Assembly: GCA_025558095.1 (NCBI GenBank)
Contig: JAIVFI010000043.1
Coordinates: 248,001-312,000 of the forward strand
Direction of reading: 5' to 3'
DNA from: Hyaloraphidium curvatum SAG 235-1
Taxonomy: Eukaryota; Fungi; Monoblepharomycota
Length of the DNA: 64,000 nt
Shown: positions 1 through 13,324 of the stretch, piece by piece
Numbering within the stretch: position 1 is the stretch's first letter
How the letters are laid out: every line of letters begins with the position of its first letter
The notes under the pieces: generated by a model
What the model saw: the letters and a program-made list of their open reading frames with translations, nothing else
What the model was told of the DNA's origin: nothing
Databases searched by the model: none
Made by a program: the position numbers and the translations under genes

Positions 1-3000
1 AAAGATAATCCAAATGCGATCGAGCCGCGAAGTTGACAGGGAGCATGCCAGTGCGCTGATCGCTCTCTTCTCGCTGCATTCTTCCCGTTCGGTTTTCGAC
101 ACCTATCTGATGAAGATCCTTCAAGCCCTTGATCAGACGTCGAACCAGCTGCGCGGAAAGGCTCTCCGAGCGCTGGGTGACATAGTAACCGTCGATCCCA
201 GCGTGCTATCTCTCGCCTACGTCATCTCTGCCGTCGAGGAGCGCATTCTCGACCCTGGTCCCACGGTGCGCGATGCTTCCATTGAGCTGGTTCACAAGTA
301 CGCATTTAAGTCCAAGGACTTGGGCCTCATCCGGCAGTACTTCAACGTCGTGGCCGAGCGGGCGGTCGACATGTCCACGATGGTACGCAAGAGGGCCCTG
401 AGATTCCTGAAGGATGCGTACTTGGAGCTGCGGAAAGCTCAACCGGAGCTGGCCAGGGATGGCGAGAAATTGGAGCTTACGTGCACCATCTTCGTCTCGC
501 GCGCCCTTTCGGACGAGGAAGGCACGGTCAAGGAGCTCGCTCTTGGCTCGGTCCAAGATTGCTGGCTGTGCCCGTTCTCGGATCCGAGTCTCGCGGCCAT
601 TGTGCGGCAGGGCGAAGGGATGGCCTCCGGCTTTTCCTTGCAGGCAATACCTCCCGTTGGGCGCAAAGAACTCCTGGACCGGCTCAAGATCATCGTTGGC
701 ACCACCCAGCGTCTGCAAGATAGGGATCTTGTCGGTGACGCCTTCACCCGCATGCTTGCAAAGGACAGGGCGCCGAAGATTCAGATGTGCCGTCTGTTGG
801 TCAATGGCCTCGTTGAGGAAGCCTTGGCGGGATCTCAGGTTTGGGAGGAGCGCATCGGGCGGTGCAGCTTCACTGATTCCATTTGCGCAGGAGGCGCGCG
901 CCGGCGTTCTTTCGACATTGCATCAGCTTGCCCGCGCGGAGCCCTCGCTCGCGGCACCGTTTCTGCCGGCACTTCAACCGTTCATCAAGCTGGACGCAAA
1001 GGTGAGGTTGCAAGCATGCTCAATGACAGATTCTCATTCCGCCACAACAGTTTACCGCGTCAGACGAGCAAGTAATGACTTTGGTTCTCGAGCTTTACCG
1101 GATCTCCATCGCATTCACCACCGACCGCGATCCACGCTTCGCGGAAAGTCTCGAGAAGGATCTCCAAACCTTGATGTCACAGGGCAACACCAATGTCGTC
1201 GGTGCTGCCGTGCCATCGTTCTGTGCGCTGCATACTTCGGTCACACGGGATTACACGAAGATTTCGCGGACCCTCGAGAAGGCTTACGGTATGGGTCTGC
1301 GCGAAGCCGTCCCGGACAGCTGTTGACTGTGGATGCTCAAGAAATTCTGTGGAAAGCCATGGAGCATCATCAGAAACACGGGAGCCTTCCACCGAACCCC
1401 AAAGCGCAAGCGGGGATATATCGGACGCTCTTGATCTCGGGTCTACTCATCAAGGAAGTTGACTTCGACCAGCTGCGGAAGGAGGATCCTAGTACGTGGT
1501 GCCGTCGCCGCGTTGCCTCAAAACTAATCTTTCTCAAGAACTGTCGGAGGCCTTGCCCAGTTTCGCCACGGTACGGCCGCGTCGCTCGCGCAAAGATATT
1601 GTGTGGTAACAGATTCCGGCCAGGGTTCCGTCAAAGACGCAATGTTCGAACGGTTCTTCTTCTTCTGCAACCTTTCGGACGATCAGTACGACAGCATTCG
1701 CGCCCGCGCCATTGAATCCATGGGACATCTCTTCAACGCTAGCCCGCAATTCATGTTACGGGACGATTCTCGAGCGCTGATGGACACTGTGTTTGGCACA
1801 GATGCACCCAAGCTGCAGCAGCAGCTGCTTGGGGTCTTCCGAGACCTTCTCGATTCGGAAGCGCGCAAGGCGCCGGCCACAGCTGGGGAGACTGCTGGCG
1901 GTTGTGAGTGCCCTGCTCGCCCTTCCCCCCGCTGGCTGACGCGCCCTTTCAGCTGCACCAAACGTCAACCGCGCTGTGCTGACGGGGAATGCCGAGGAAC
2001 TAGGCCATGCGGGGATCATTGGATCTGTGATGCAGACGTATCTGGACCGCGTGCTCGCGAAGCTCACGGGACACTCTCTGGGATTGCGTGGTTTGGCTTT
2101 TGACGTTGTCCAAAGGACACTGGAGCAAGGCCTGGTCATGCCTGCCACGGTGAGTCCGGACTGTTGACCGAAGCGAACGCTCTGATGCCGTTTTGCAGTG
2201 TGTGCCCGCGTTGGTGGCCATGGAATCCTGCGAAGATCGTTCTCTTCGGGATAGGGCAATGCGACTGCACATGAGCTTGGCAGAGAAGCATGCATCCTTC
2301 ATTCACATGAAGAATATGGACGCGACGAGGACGTCCTTCGAGTGCCTTCGATCTTGGTCGGGGCAGGCATGGGTGCCAGGCGAGTTCCTCGCTGGATCGG
2401 TAACCAGTTGGAGTCGCGCTAACGTGGCGTTTGCAACAGGGGCGCGGGCGGCCGCAAAGGGCGAAGTTGAGGCAGTTCTCATGCCTCTCTACGCCATCGT
2501 GCGGGGAAAGAAAGCGCAGCGCAACGACTTTCTCACCGGCCTTGTGAAGCTGTTCGACGTCGACTTGAAGCGGCAGGACCTGAAGGCGGTGAGCTGCCAC
2601 TGTGACGCCGTACGTCGACAGTTCTGATGTCACGTTGCTTGCAGATCGATGTTCCTTTCCTCAAGTTCGTCGCTGAGAACCTGGCTGCGTTCGCTTACGA
2701 AAAGCAGGAGGAGGTTCTCGCCGTGCTGTCGGCCATCAACCGCGTCGTCGGAATCACAGCAACGACGGTCGTGCGGTTCATCGAGGAGCATGTCGAAGGC
2801 ACTGACGCTCTGGCGGACCTCTCTGAGAAAGCGAACGGTGCGGCCGGCGTAGCTTGAATTGTGCTGTTCCCTGACCGATATGTGTTTCCAGCGGGGAACC
2901 TTGCGTTCATGGCCGCGACGTCGAAGTGCATGGGAATGCTGCTCGTTCTGCGCAAGTTTCTCCAGGCGTTGTACAAGCTCTCGCATGGGTGGGCTCAAGG

Positions 3001-3585
3001 TCGTGTTTCTTCTCGGTCTGCGGCGCTGACAGTCACAACCTTGCAGACGAGTTTCGCATTTCAAGCTCGGTGAAGGAGGAAAGGCGCAGGAGAAGCCGGT
3101 CCACAAGGACTCGAAGAGCCCCACTGAGATTTCATGGAGCGAGCTCGCTTACCTTGCTTTGGATCTGACCTCACCGGAGGACACGGTTGAGCAACTGCAG
3201 GAGGTAACGTTTCCGTTCGGATCACATGCCGGCCGCTGACTCGTCGTCGCAGTTCAACGCACTGATGGCTGCCGATTTCGTTCCCCTCGACGACGACGAA
3301 GAGCTGTTTGAAGGCGCCGAGGGTGACGGCCTCGACGATGCCGCCGGAGCGCGTCGTGCGGTTCAGGGCGATGGGGCGGAGCCCAAGGCGTCGAAGCCGA
3401 AGCGGGGGCCCCGCAAGAAGAAGCAAAGCACAACCAAGCGAACGCCCAAGAAGAAGGCAGCCGCCAAGGGCAAGCGGCGCAAGTCGAAGGCGCAGCAGTC
3501 GGAAAGCGAGGAGGAGGACATGGACCTGGACGACTCGTCACCTGATACCCCGAGCTCGCCATCGGCAGCTTCTGATGATGATTGA
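1..3585 (+). CDS. SCC2: Cohesin loader Scc2/Nipped-B-like protein, C-terminal part (5' end outside the window; about 11 introns)
   Basis: HEAT-repeat motifs typical of NIPBL (LRGKALRAL..IV..DP, VRDASIELV, VRKRALRFLKD, QGLVMPA..CVPALVAME, FLKFVAENLAAFAY..QEEVL). ORF fragments join through short introns. Basic/acidic tail ends ..SDDD* at 3585. Confidence 0.9.
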
Positions 3586-4604
3586 TTGATTAGTTGACCT
3601 TATCTGATTACGGATTGACTAGATTGCGTTTGCTCTGTGCTGCCGGGATTCGGGATGGTCCAAGGCGTTGGGCGTCGGAGTTTCCTCCCGAAGACTTTCC
3701 AAAACTCAAAACTCTCCGCCGGGCCACTCCAAGGCGAGTTCGCGGCCACCTTTCATTCTGAGGGGACACGTAGGAAGGAAGATCGAGCCGAATGGCCGAC
3801 AAGGACTAAGCAGCCCTTTTTCCTAGAATGCCGGACGTCGCGAAGACGGAGTGCTGCGTCTCATGCGGGAAGCGCTGTTACCCCCTGGAGAGAATTACCG
3901 TCGACTCCTCGATCCTCCACAAGAGGTAGGTACCGGGCGCGAAGTCGATTCGCTGCTCCTAAACCGCCTGCGGAGTTGTTTCCGGTGCTCGCACTGCCAG
4001 CGGCAGCCGTCCAACTTGCCGTACTCCATCGTGCCTGCGCCGCCGCCGAATATCTGGCCCTGCCGCAGAAGATGGGAGGGGCGGGGTGGGCTACAGCCGA
4101 GGTGGTGCCGCCGACCTCCCACCCCTCCCGGCACGTCTCCCGCGCCCGCCCCGCCCGCGCAGCGCAATGGAGCGCGTCCTCCGAGCCACGTCGGGGGTCT
4201 GCGTGCCTCGGACGCGGTCGGTCTGTGGGGGCTGCCCCTCGGGGTTTGGGCGTGCGCACCGCCCTCCTCCGCACGCCCGCAACGCTCCCCGGCCATCACA
4301 ACGGGCAGTGGGTATTTTTGAAATCTGACACCACTTTTGGCGTGGAATAGACCCCCTGCGGTCACGTTCCGGGGTCGTCCGGCCCCGTACGATGCGTTGC
4401 GGCCGAGAAATGGGCGATGTCCGAAACCCCGAGCTAGCATGGGGGGCGGGCCGGGACTCCCGTCCCGGCCCCGCCCCGCCGTTTCCCGAGCTCCGCGACA
4501 CCTCCGGCCCGCCTCCCGCACTTCCCGCGGCTGCGCTGAGGAGCATCGCCAGCAGACAGCAACGGCCACTACATAGACTCTTTGAGACATGACCTGGCCT
4601 AGAA

Positions 4605-7054
4605 TCAATTCGGATACCCGTCGGCAGCCGCTGCCGTGCGGAACACGTTGAGAACCCGCGAGACCTCCTCCGAATCCGAGTCGGCCATCCGGCGCAGCTG
4701 CTCCTCGAACCCCATCCGCCTCAGGTCCGCTATCCGCTCCCCCGACCCCGGATCCTCCGGCCACGTCAGATTGTGCACGACCCACGTCGCGGCGCCCCGG
4801 ATCGCCTGCCGGGGATGGCACAGGTAGCCGTGCACGGCCTCGAGGATGCTGCCCTGCCGCATGATGGCCTGCTTGTGCGCGGCGCTGCCCGTCGCCATGT
4901 TGGCGACCACATAGAGGGCCTGCAGGATAACGTCGTCCGCGACGACGGCGCCTTCCTTGGCGTCCGAGGGCAGGGTGCGGTCCGGGCTGGAGGACCCGGT
5001 GCTGTCGGGGTGTCCGCCGGTCCTCCCGTTGGCGTGCATAGACGCCGTCGCAGAGTCCGAAGCAAGCCCGGGCAAAGGCCTCAGCTTGGTCTCCAGTATG
5101 CCGAACAGCGTCTCGCCGAGGCCGTTGAAGGCGTCCTCAATGTCCTGCGGAATCGGTCATGAGCTATCGCGTATTTATCCTTCCGCAAACGGCAACCCAC
5201 GGACTCCTTCCCGCATGCCAGGTTGCGGAGCACGTTGACCGCCTGCTCCACGACCGAGATCTCGCCGTCCTCCAGCAGGCGCTGCAGCCCCTCCCACGTC
5301 AGCTCCTTCATGACGCTGGTCTTGAGCTCCGACGTCGCCCGGTAGATCAGGTTTTTGATTGCCCAGGTGGCGTTGAGGCGGAGGCTGGGGTCCGAGCTCT
5401 GGGACATTCGGACCAGGAGGGGGATGACGCCGGACTCGAGCACCGTCTGCAAGATCGCGCATGCGTTGGGAGCCCATCAACAGGTGGTGTCGAAACCACC
5501 CACCTTCTTCATCGGGCTAAAGTCGAGCACGATGTTGCAGATGGTCGCGCTGGCCGTCACCTGGGCCGCCGGGTCCCCGCTCTCCAGGAGCTTGAACAGC
5601 GGCCCCGCGATGCCGGCGTCGACCAGGCTCGTCCGCAGGTTCTTGACGCTGCGCGACAGGCTCATGGTGCATTTGCACGCGGCGGCCTGGATCCGCGGGT
5701 CGGGGTGGTCGAGGTAGCGGACGATCCGGGGAAGGAGGTGCGCGTCGATGATCTGCTTGCGCGATTCCTCGCGCAGAGACGAGACGGCGGCGAGGGCGAG
5801 GAGGATGGCCTCGAGGAGGTCGTCGTGGGGGTCGGGTCGGCGCCCGTCGTCGCCTCCGGAAGCGTCCGACGCGCGCGAGGCGGCGGTCTGCAGGAGCTGG
5901 GCCAGCCTGGGGACGGCCTCGAGCTCCGCGGCGCGCTTCTGCAGCTCGTCCGAGTCCTGCAAAAGGTAGCAGATGGCCGCACATGTCCGGAGGTGGAGCT
6001 CGTTCTCGGGCCCGTCGGCGGGCGTGCCGAGGGCCCCCGAGGGGGCGGAGGAAAAGATGGCGCCGTCGTCCGGGGACGGCGGCTCCGACAGCAGCTTCAC
6101 GAGCGCCGGCAAGACGGAGAGAGAGACGTAGGGAACAAAGACGGAGGGCAGGCAGCCCGTCCGGAACAGGTTAATGATGCTGGGAGCGGGGGAGGTGGGG
6201 CGTGATTAGGCAATGTAGATGGCAGGGCGGCGCAAGAAGACCCACCACACGGCGGCCAGGAGCCGCGTCCCAGGTCTGCGATCCCGCAGCAGCCTAAACA
6301 CCATGCGGACGGGCGCGTCGCCGTGCCCGTGCCCCGGGTCCATTGGATCGTCCTCCAGGCCCGCGATCAGGCGGCCGACGGAGGCATTGTCCCGCGTGAG
6401 GGCGGCCAGCGCGAGCAGCACCGCGGCATGCAGCTGGCCGCGGAGTTCGGGCGCGTCGCCGGGGGCCTTGTCCGGTGAGCCCGCGACCAGCAGCCCGACG
6501 AGCGGGGCGACGACGCCGAGGCGTGCGAGCTCGTCCTGAGCCGGCCTGTCCACGCACACGGCGCCCACGATGGCTGCGACGAGCGATGCGACGCGGGGCC
6601 GGGCGGGCGGAGCCAGCAGCGCGGCCAGGGAGCCGCACTCGCTGCGGGCGCGGGCGCGCGCCTCCGCCAGGGGGCCCTCGGGGCCGCCGCCGCACACCAC
6701 GGCCCGCAGCGCGCGCAGGCACGCCTCGGCCAGGCGGCGGTCGGCGGGCGCGGCCCGCAGGGCGGCCAGCAGCGGCGCGACCGGGTCGGCGGCGAGCAGC
6801 CGCTCCCGCACCGCGGGCGGCCCGCGCGCCAGCGCGCACACGACGGCCGCGGCCTCGGCGGCGACCGCCCCGCGCGACAGCAGCGACAGCGACAGCGCGC
6901 ACGCGCCCAGCCCGGACAGCGCGGACTTGGCACGCGCGTCGCCGACCGCCGCGTCGCGCACTCCCCGCACCGCGGAGAGCAGCGCCGCATCGCCCTCCGC
7001 CGCAGCCAGACCGCGCATCGCGGCATACGCGCGCTCGTGCCGGGGGACTGCCAT
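4605..7054 (-). CDS. ARMC8: Armadillo repeat-containing protein 8 (ARMC8/Vid28/Gid5, GID/CTLH complex subunit); 3 introns
   Basis: SLSRSVKNLRTSLVDAG, ASATICNIVLDFSPMK, LRLNATWAIKNL, QAVNVLRNLACG and LYVVANMATG are characteristic ARMC8 repeats. Introns have GTGGGT donors. Confidence 0.88.
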
Positions 7055-7154
7055 CACGCAAGCACTCAAGAAGGTGCCGCGTCAGCAAAGGGATTCGCCC
7101 TGGCCCCATCCAACGCGATTCGCGGGAGACAACGATTCGAAGGATTGCATCACG

Positions 7155-8346
7155 ATGTCGCTCACGTCTTCGAAGGAGGTGCGGGACGATGCGTCGGCAG
7201 GAGGTTTGTGCCGGCGCTGACGGGCGTGCCTCCAGGCCGAGTATCTGAAGGGCGTGTTCGGGGAGAAGTGCGCGCCCGCGCCGCCCGCGGAGCTCGTCGG
7301 GGACCGCGGCTTCAACATCGGCCTCGCGGGCCTGAATGCTATCGTCACCGGAGGTGGGTTTCTCGCGCGGCGGGGTCAATGCGGCGTCCGACGTCCTCAC
7401 TACGACGCGTCCAACCTGCGGTCACATCGCCAACTCATTGCGACGCGTCCAATCTCCCGTCACATGGCACAGGAACGAAGGGCATCGGGCGCGCCTGCGT
7501 GGACATGCTCGCCGAGTCGGGCGCCAACGTCGCCTTCTGCGCGAGGAACAAGGCCGAAGTGGACGAGGCCGTCGCGGCCGTGAAGCAGCTCAACCCGAAC
7601 GTCAAGGTCTACGGCGCCGCTCTGGACATGTCGTCGCCGGCCGAAAACATCGCGGCATTCGTCGAAGCGGCGGCCAACCACCTCGGCGGCGTGGACATCT
7701 GCATCTCGAACGCCGCCGCCCTGGCCATCGGGCCCTCGGTCAAGGCGTTCGAGGCCAACTTCCGTGTCGACATACTCGGATGCTTGGCCCTATTCAATGC
7801 CGCCCTGCCCCACTTCAAGAAGAGCAGGGCGCCCTCGTTCGTGGCCGTGTCTTCCACCGCGGCCAGGCAGGCAGACGAACCGAATTCCTACGGGGCCATG
7901 AAAGCGGGCCTTATTCACTTGGTAAAGGGTTTTGCGGGCAAGTACGCTGCCCTCGGGATCCGATCCAACGCGCTGAGCCCGGGCACGACAATCTTCCCGG
8001 GAGGTGGGTGCTACCGGGAACTGGACTTTTCAACTACTGACATCGCGCAGGCTCGTGGGAGAACAACAAGGCCCGCTATCCCGTAAGCTTCCTTGTCTGC
8101 ACCTATCGTCCCCGACCGCTCAAGTCATTTGCAGCCCGTCTTTGCCGGAGCCCTCGCGAGAAACCCGACCGGCCGCATGGCCACCGCTCGGGAAGTCGCC
8201 CGCGCGACCTTGTTCCTGGCATCACCGGCGGTGAGCTCGGTAGGCTCGTTGCTGTCACTTCGCCTGACTGCCTTTGACAGGCCTCGTTTATCACCGGGAC
8301 GAACCTGATCATCGACGGCTCCATTACGAGGGGCGTGTCGCTCTAG
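7155..8346 (+). CDS. Short-chain dehydrogenase/reductase (classical SDR); 5 introns
   Basis: Spliced TGG|TKGIG cofactor motif, NAA, catalytic S and YGAMK (YxxxK), IRSNALSPG, and C-terminal ASFITGTNLIIDG. Confidence 0.9.
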
Positions 8347-8387
8347 ACTCCTTCTTCATTCCCATGGAGGCGCTACAACGGCATAGA

Positions 8388-11300
8388 TCATCGCAACATC
8401 TTTGCGTACTTGGGCTTCTTGGCCTTCTCGAGCGCTACCTGGCTGCCCACCAGGCCGTTGCCCTCGCCGCGCAGCTTGGAGGCCAGCTCGGCCGCCGATT
8501 CACCCTTGCCCGGCGTGCGCGACTTCTTCTTCTTGCCGCCTTTGCTTTCGACGCTGACGATCTTGCTCCCGGACTTGCTCGGATCGAAACGGATCTCGTC
8601 CGTCTCGGCAGTGATGGCGTACTGGGACAGGTCCATGCTGTCGATCAGCTCCTTCTGCTTGGCGCGGAATGCCCGCATGCTGTCGTTGGCCGCATCGTCC
8701 AGGTCGGCTGCGAGCGTTGTCCCCGTCGGGTCCCACTGCTCCTCGTCGTCCAGCGCTCGTTTCTTCCCGGCGACCGCGCCTCCGGCGGCCTCCTCGGCGG
8801 CCTTGCGCGCCGCGGCCGCCTTGGCAAGCCGTTCCTTGGTCGCCACCTCCTCGTCGAGGAGCTCCAGCTCGACCGAGCGGCTCTCGACCCACTTGAAGAA
8901 GGACGAGCACTTGCGGCACACCTTGGTGAAGAGCGCCAGGAGCTGCGCCGCCGGCAGCCCGAGCTCGGCCTCGAGGTCGTCGATCGACTTCTTCTGGAGG
9001 CCGATGCCGACGAGGATCGCGGCCTGGAGCGGGTTCAGCGCGACGCGCTGGTCCGATCCGGGCCCGTCGTCCGGCCCCGCCGCCGCGCCGGAGGAGGGCG
9101 AGAGCGCCCCGGAGAAGTAGAGCCGCGCCAGCTGCGGGATCATGTCCAGGACGACGTGGTAGTCTAGCATGCTGTTGGCGTACGACTCGAGCCGCTTCAG
9201 GTCGAAGGGGTTGAAGTGACGCCGCAGCTCCGTCAACGACCCCAGCGGGGCCGGCACCCCGGCGCCTTCGAGCTTCCGCGCAGCACCCTGCCCGCCGCCA
9301 GCGGCCTCGATCAGGCTCAGCACCAGCGCAGGGGGGAAATCCCGGAACTGGCCGAAGCCGGCCAGCTCTAGAAACCTCCGCTTAAAGTCCGCGGCAAACA
9401 CGTCCAGCCAGCCTGCGTCCATCCCCGGATCCAGCTGCAGCGGGCGCAGCATCACGCACGTGTGCTCGCCCGTCAGCTCGTTGGGCGTCTGCCGCACGTA
9501 CAGCGGGAGGAACCCGTGCCGCTTCCAGAACTTGTGGAGGGGCGGGGTGATGCCGTACGAGACGCCGATCCAGTGCAGCCGCTCCTTGAGGGGACGGTCC
9601 TGAACCCGCCGGAGCAGGGGCGGCATCTTGGAAGGGTCCTTGACGCGCAGCACCTCGGACTGCAGCGCGCCCTTTTCCGAGGAAGGCACCGAACCGTTGG
9701 TCCGCCGCTCGCCCTCGGCGAGCTCCTCGTCCTCGTCGTCCTCGGACAGGTTGACGAGGTCCCCGTTATAGTACCGCGAAAGCAGCTCCAGCGCCCTCCC
9801 GCCGTACCCCATCCCCGTGTGGTCCGGATGCGTGGCGATTCGCACCACGCGGGCGCCCGAGAGCGCGGCGAAGCTGTCGTCCTGGTACTGCTGCGACACC
9901 AGCCACGGGATCAGGTCGCCGTCGGGCCGCTGCCCGCGTGCGAGCGCGTTCATGACCGAGGGGCGGGAGATGCGGCCCTCGAGGCACACCTGCACCACGC
10001 AGAGAGGTTCAGGGAGGACGGCCGAGCCGCTCGCGGCGACGGCGGCCTGGTCGACGGGAGGAAGGAGGACAAAGAGCTGGTGCGCGGGAGCGTCGCTCAT
10101 CAGCTGGAGATCGTTGGGCGAGTTCTTGTAGTGGCTGGCGACGTAGAGAGCCATCATGCGCTGCAGGAACGCTTCCGAGATGGGGTGGTAGGAAAAGAGC
10201 GTGTCCCGGTCCACGGCGTAGAGGTCGCACACAGACGGGTCGGGCACGCCGGAGAGGAGGCGCGATTGCCGTGGAGTACAGCAATCGAGGCAGAGGAGGT
10301 CGTTGAGCCACTTTTCCACGGGGTCGTTGGGGGCGTAACGGATCGGCGTTTCGAGCTTGATCTCTGCAAACAGCGGAAAGATCAGCATGCCGTCAGTTGG
10401 CCAAGCCATTCATGCCCTCACCCCTCAGAACCCGGGCCGTCAGCTTCTCGCCCTTCCCAGCCTCTGACGCCTTGCCGGCCTCCTCCCTCAGACCCTTGAG
10501 CAGCTTCAGGCTCAGACCCCTGCCCGTCCCTTCGTACCCATTGATCGTGCTAGCCATGAACACGAGCCAGTTGCCCATCATCTGCTTGACGAGCGGCAGC
10601 GGGATGGCCGCGGCCTCATCAATGACCACCAGCTCGGCCTGGGTGAGCACGTGCGCGTCCTGCGGGGCAACGTACTGGATCGTCTGCCTGTGCGTGCGGA
10701 ACACCGACACGCGGACGATGCAGCCGGCGAGGGAGGGGTGGGTGGATTGGTGGATCGCATAGTCCAGATGCTCTTGGTAACCCAGGGCGTCGAAGCCCTT
10801 GAAGACAAATGAAAAGAGGGTGCGGAGGTTTTCCGGGGACGGGGAGGTGACGAAGATGTTGGAATAGCCGTGGGCGATTGCGGCGGCCATCGCAAGTCCA
10901 AGCGCGGCCGACTTGCCGCGGCCGCGGGCCGCCGTCAGGGCCACGGTCGAGCGCAGGGTCTTCTCCGACGCCGCGTCGATAAACGTCAGCAAAGCCTTGG
11001 CCTGGTCCACCGTGCGCGCGCACTTGACGAGCGGGTAGACCGGCATAACGTCGTTGAAGGACTCGACCACCTCGGCCAGCTCCTTCTTCTCCGGCGCCTC
11101 GGCGTCCAAAGCGGGCGCCGGCTTCACGTACTTGCCCCCGCTGAGGGGCAGCACGTTCAGCTCGTCGTCCGCCACGATGCAGGCGCTGCAGTCCCCCAAG
11201 GAGAGCACCAGGCGCTCGTTGAACCGGTTCACCACGTCCCCGTGGGCGGCGGTTCGGTACCGCGCGTGCACGTCCATCGTCATGGTGTAGAGCTGTTTCA

Positions 11301-11971
11301 GCGAGGTCATGGTGCGAAGGAGGATGACGACGATGCCGCCACCCTCGACCGTCTCCATGGTCTGGGCGAGCAGGTTCGGGGTGAGGGCCTCAAAGTCCTG
11401 CGGGGCGGCGTCAACGGCTGCGGAAAAGGCGGCCTCAGACGGAACATACCTGCAGCACGCACATGCCGTACGTGTTTCCGAGGATCTTGTGGCTCTCCTT
11501 GTAGTAGGCGTACCGGATGTCCGTCGAGGCCACAAAGAGCTCGAAAGGGTCGTCCGCGTCCGGGTCCCTGAGCCCTCTCGCGACCTCCTTCTTGATCTGC
11601 TTCATCCTCTTTTTCCGGTGTGACGAGAAGCCGAGCTCCTTCTTGTAGCACCAGAGCACAGAGGGCCGCGCGGTGTGCCGCGCCTTGGAGAGGAGAAAGT
11701 GCAGGTTGACCACCTGGTCGCGGCCGTGATCGCCCACGAGAACAAAGAGGGAGCGGGTGTTGGCGGCGACGGAGGCGTTGATGAGGGCGGGGATCCGGGG
11801 GTCCAGCTTCTTGCGCTGCGGGGCCGCGGCGGGCTTTGCGGACCCGTTGGGGAGCCCGTTGGCGGGCTTGCCGGCCGGTTTCTTGGCCGGGCGACGTTCG
11901 TCCTCCGAGGACGACGACGAAGGGTCGTCCCTCCGCGCCGCCTTCTTCGTGGACGGCATCGTGGGAGCCAT
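8388..11971 (-). CDS. NAT10: RNA cytidine acetyltransferase NAT10/Kre33; 2 introns
   Basis: VLWCYKKELGFSSHRKKR, LQDFEALTPNLLA, Walker A AARGRGKSAALG, DEAAAIPLP, STINGYEGTGR, SHYKNSPNDL and GNAT motif RIATHPD. The start could also be the ATG at 11959. Confidence 0.96.
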
Positions 11972-13324
11972 TGCTCTTGGGAGCTGTTTGTTTCCTTGTT
12001 TGTCCGCACGGCTGCTTGGTGCAGGGCCGGAGTCGGAGAGCGGCTGCTCAGTCGGACTAGCTCCCACTGGCCGGCGAACTCCAGCTCAATGCGGATCGGA
12101 TCATCTGCAGCTTATTGGCGTCCGCTTGGGGTCCAATGCGCTGTCGATGGACAAGGACAGGGCCCCCCGCTGCTGGGGTTGCCGGCTGGGCGGAGCATTT
12201 CGATCCATCATCCGCCGACCATCGCGCCAAAAGTGTGGTGAACATATATAAATTGCCACGGAACCGCTCCGGAGACGCCAAAAGTGCCTGGAGCAGCGCA
12301 ATCCAGGGCCGACCGCTGTCGGCGTCCTTCTTGCGGACAGTTCTGCTGCTTCCCCCGAGACGCAGCGGACCCCGGAGCTCGGCAGGATGCCAAAAACAGA
12401 TTGCTAGTCCGTAGAAGATGCCCTCGCCGCCTTTGTTGCAGGTCGGCCACAGTCGCTTTCTGCCGCCAGAGACGTAGAGACGTTTCGGCCCAACGGGACG
12501 TGCGGCCGCTCTTGTCTGTTCGCGCGAAGCCTCGGAGCGCCAAATCCAAATGGATGGGAGCGCGAAAATACATCGCAGATGGCGGCGCAGTGGATGTGCC
12601 TCGGCGTCCGCAGAGATGCCAGACCGGAAAGGCGGACCGCGGGGATTGAGTTGGCCGGCGGAGTTATTGGCGTCGAGCGGATTCCACCGACGGAGAGCAA
12701 ACGTCCGCCATCCGAGCCAATCTTTGGGACCTTCAACGTCTATTGGATGCGTGGCATGGAGCTGCGAGCGTCGGCGAGTGGGCGCGGGGGCTCGTTTCAA
12801 GCACTATCCTGCGGCTGGGATCGGCGGCTGCTGGCCGGACCGCAGCCGAAAAAAACCGGCCACACGTCATGCCGGTGGCGTCGAGGTGCCAGACACTGCC
12901 TGTAGTCCGCGGATGGAGTGCTGTCCGGGGTCCATTCGGTTTGCGGCAGCTCGCGCGCCACCGGAAGTCAAATTGGACGCGGCTGGCGGCTGGTGCGAAG
13001 GTCGTGATCGTCCCCTGGGCAGTGTCCGGGTTTCAGCGACGAGACAGCCCGGATTGCGGGTCAGGAGACGACGACGAAGCGGATCGCGTGCCTCCGAGGC
13101 CTGATTCCGGAGTTCGCGGTGGCGTAGGCCCCGCACCCTTGTTTTGACGAGCGACCCCCCCCTCCAGCTTCACTCAACCCCTTGAGCGAGTCAGGCACCA
13201 CACGCCCCCGCCCCCCTGCGCCGCCCGGGAGGCCCCCGCGCCGGCGCCGACTCAGCTGCTCGCCCCCGGATCGCGCGAGCCGGGCCGCGCGGGGCCCCGC
13301 GCTCCGCAGCCCGCGCCCGCGCCC

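Noticed and set aside
3600-4600. Possible small minus-strand gene (..GQIFGGGAGTMEYGKLDGCRWQCEHRKQ..) between SCC2 and ARMC8
   Set aside because: I could not build a consistent start/splice model or recognise a family. It may be a remnant, but the support is too weak.
12000-13320. Long intergenic region as a possible ncRNA or hidden gene
   Set aside because: I recognised no tRNA, snRNA or snoRNA pattern and no coding bias. It is consistent with divergent promoters/UTRs (TATA-like run at 12244).
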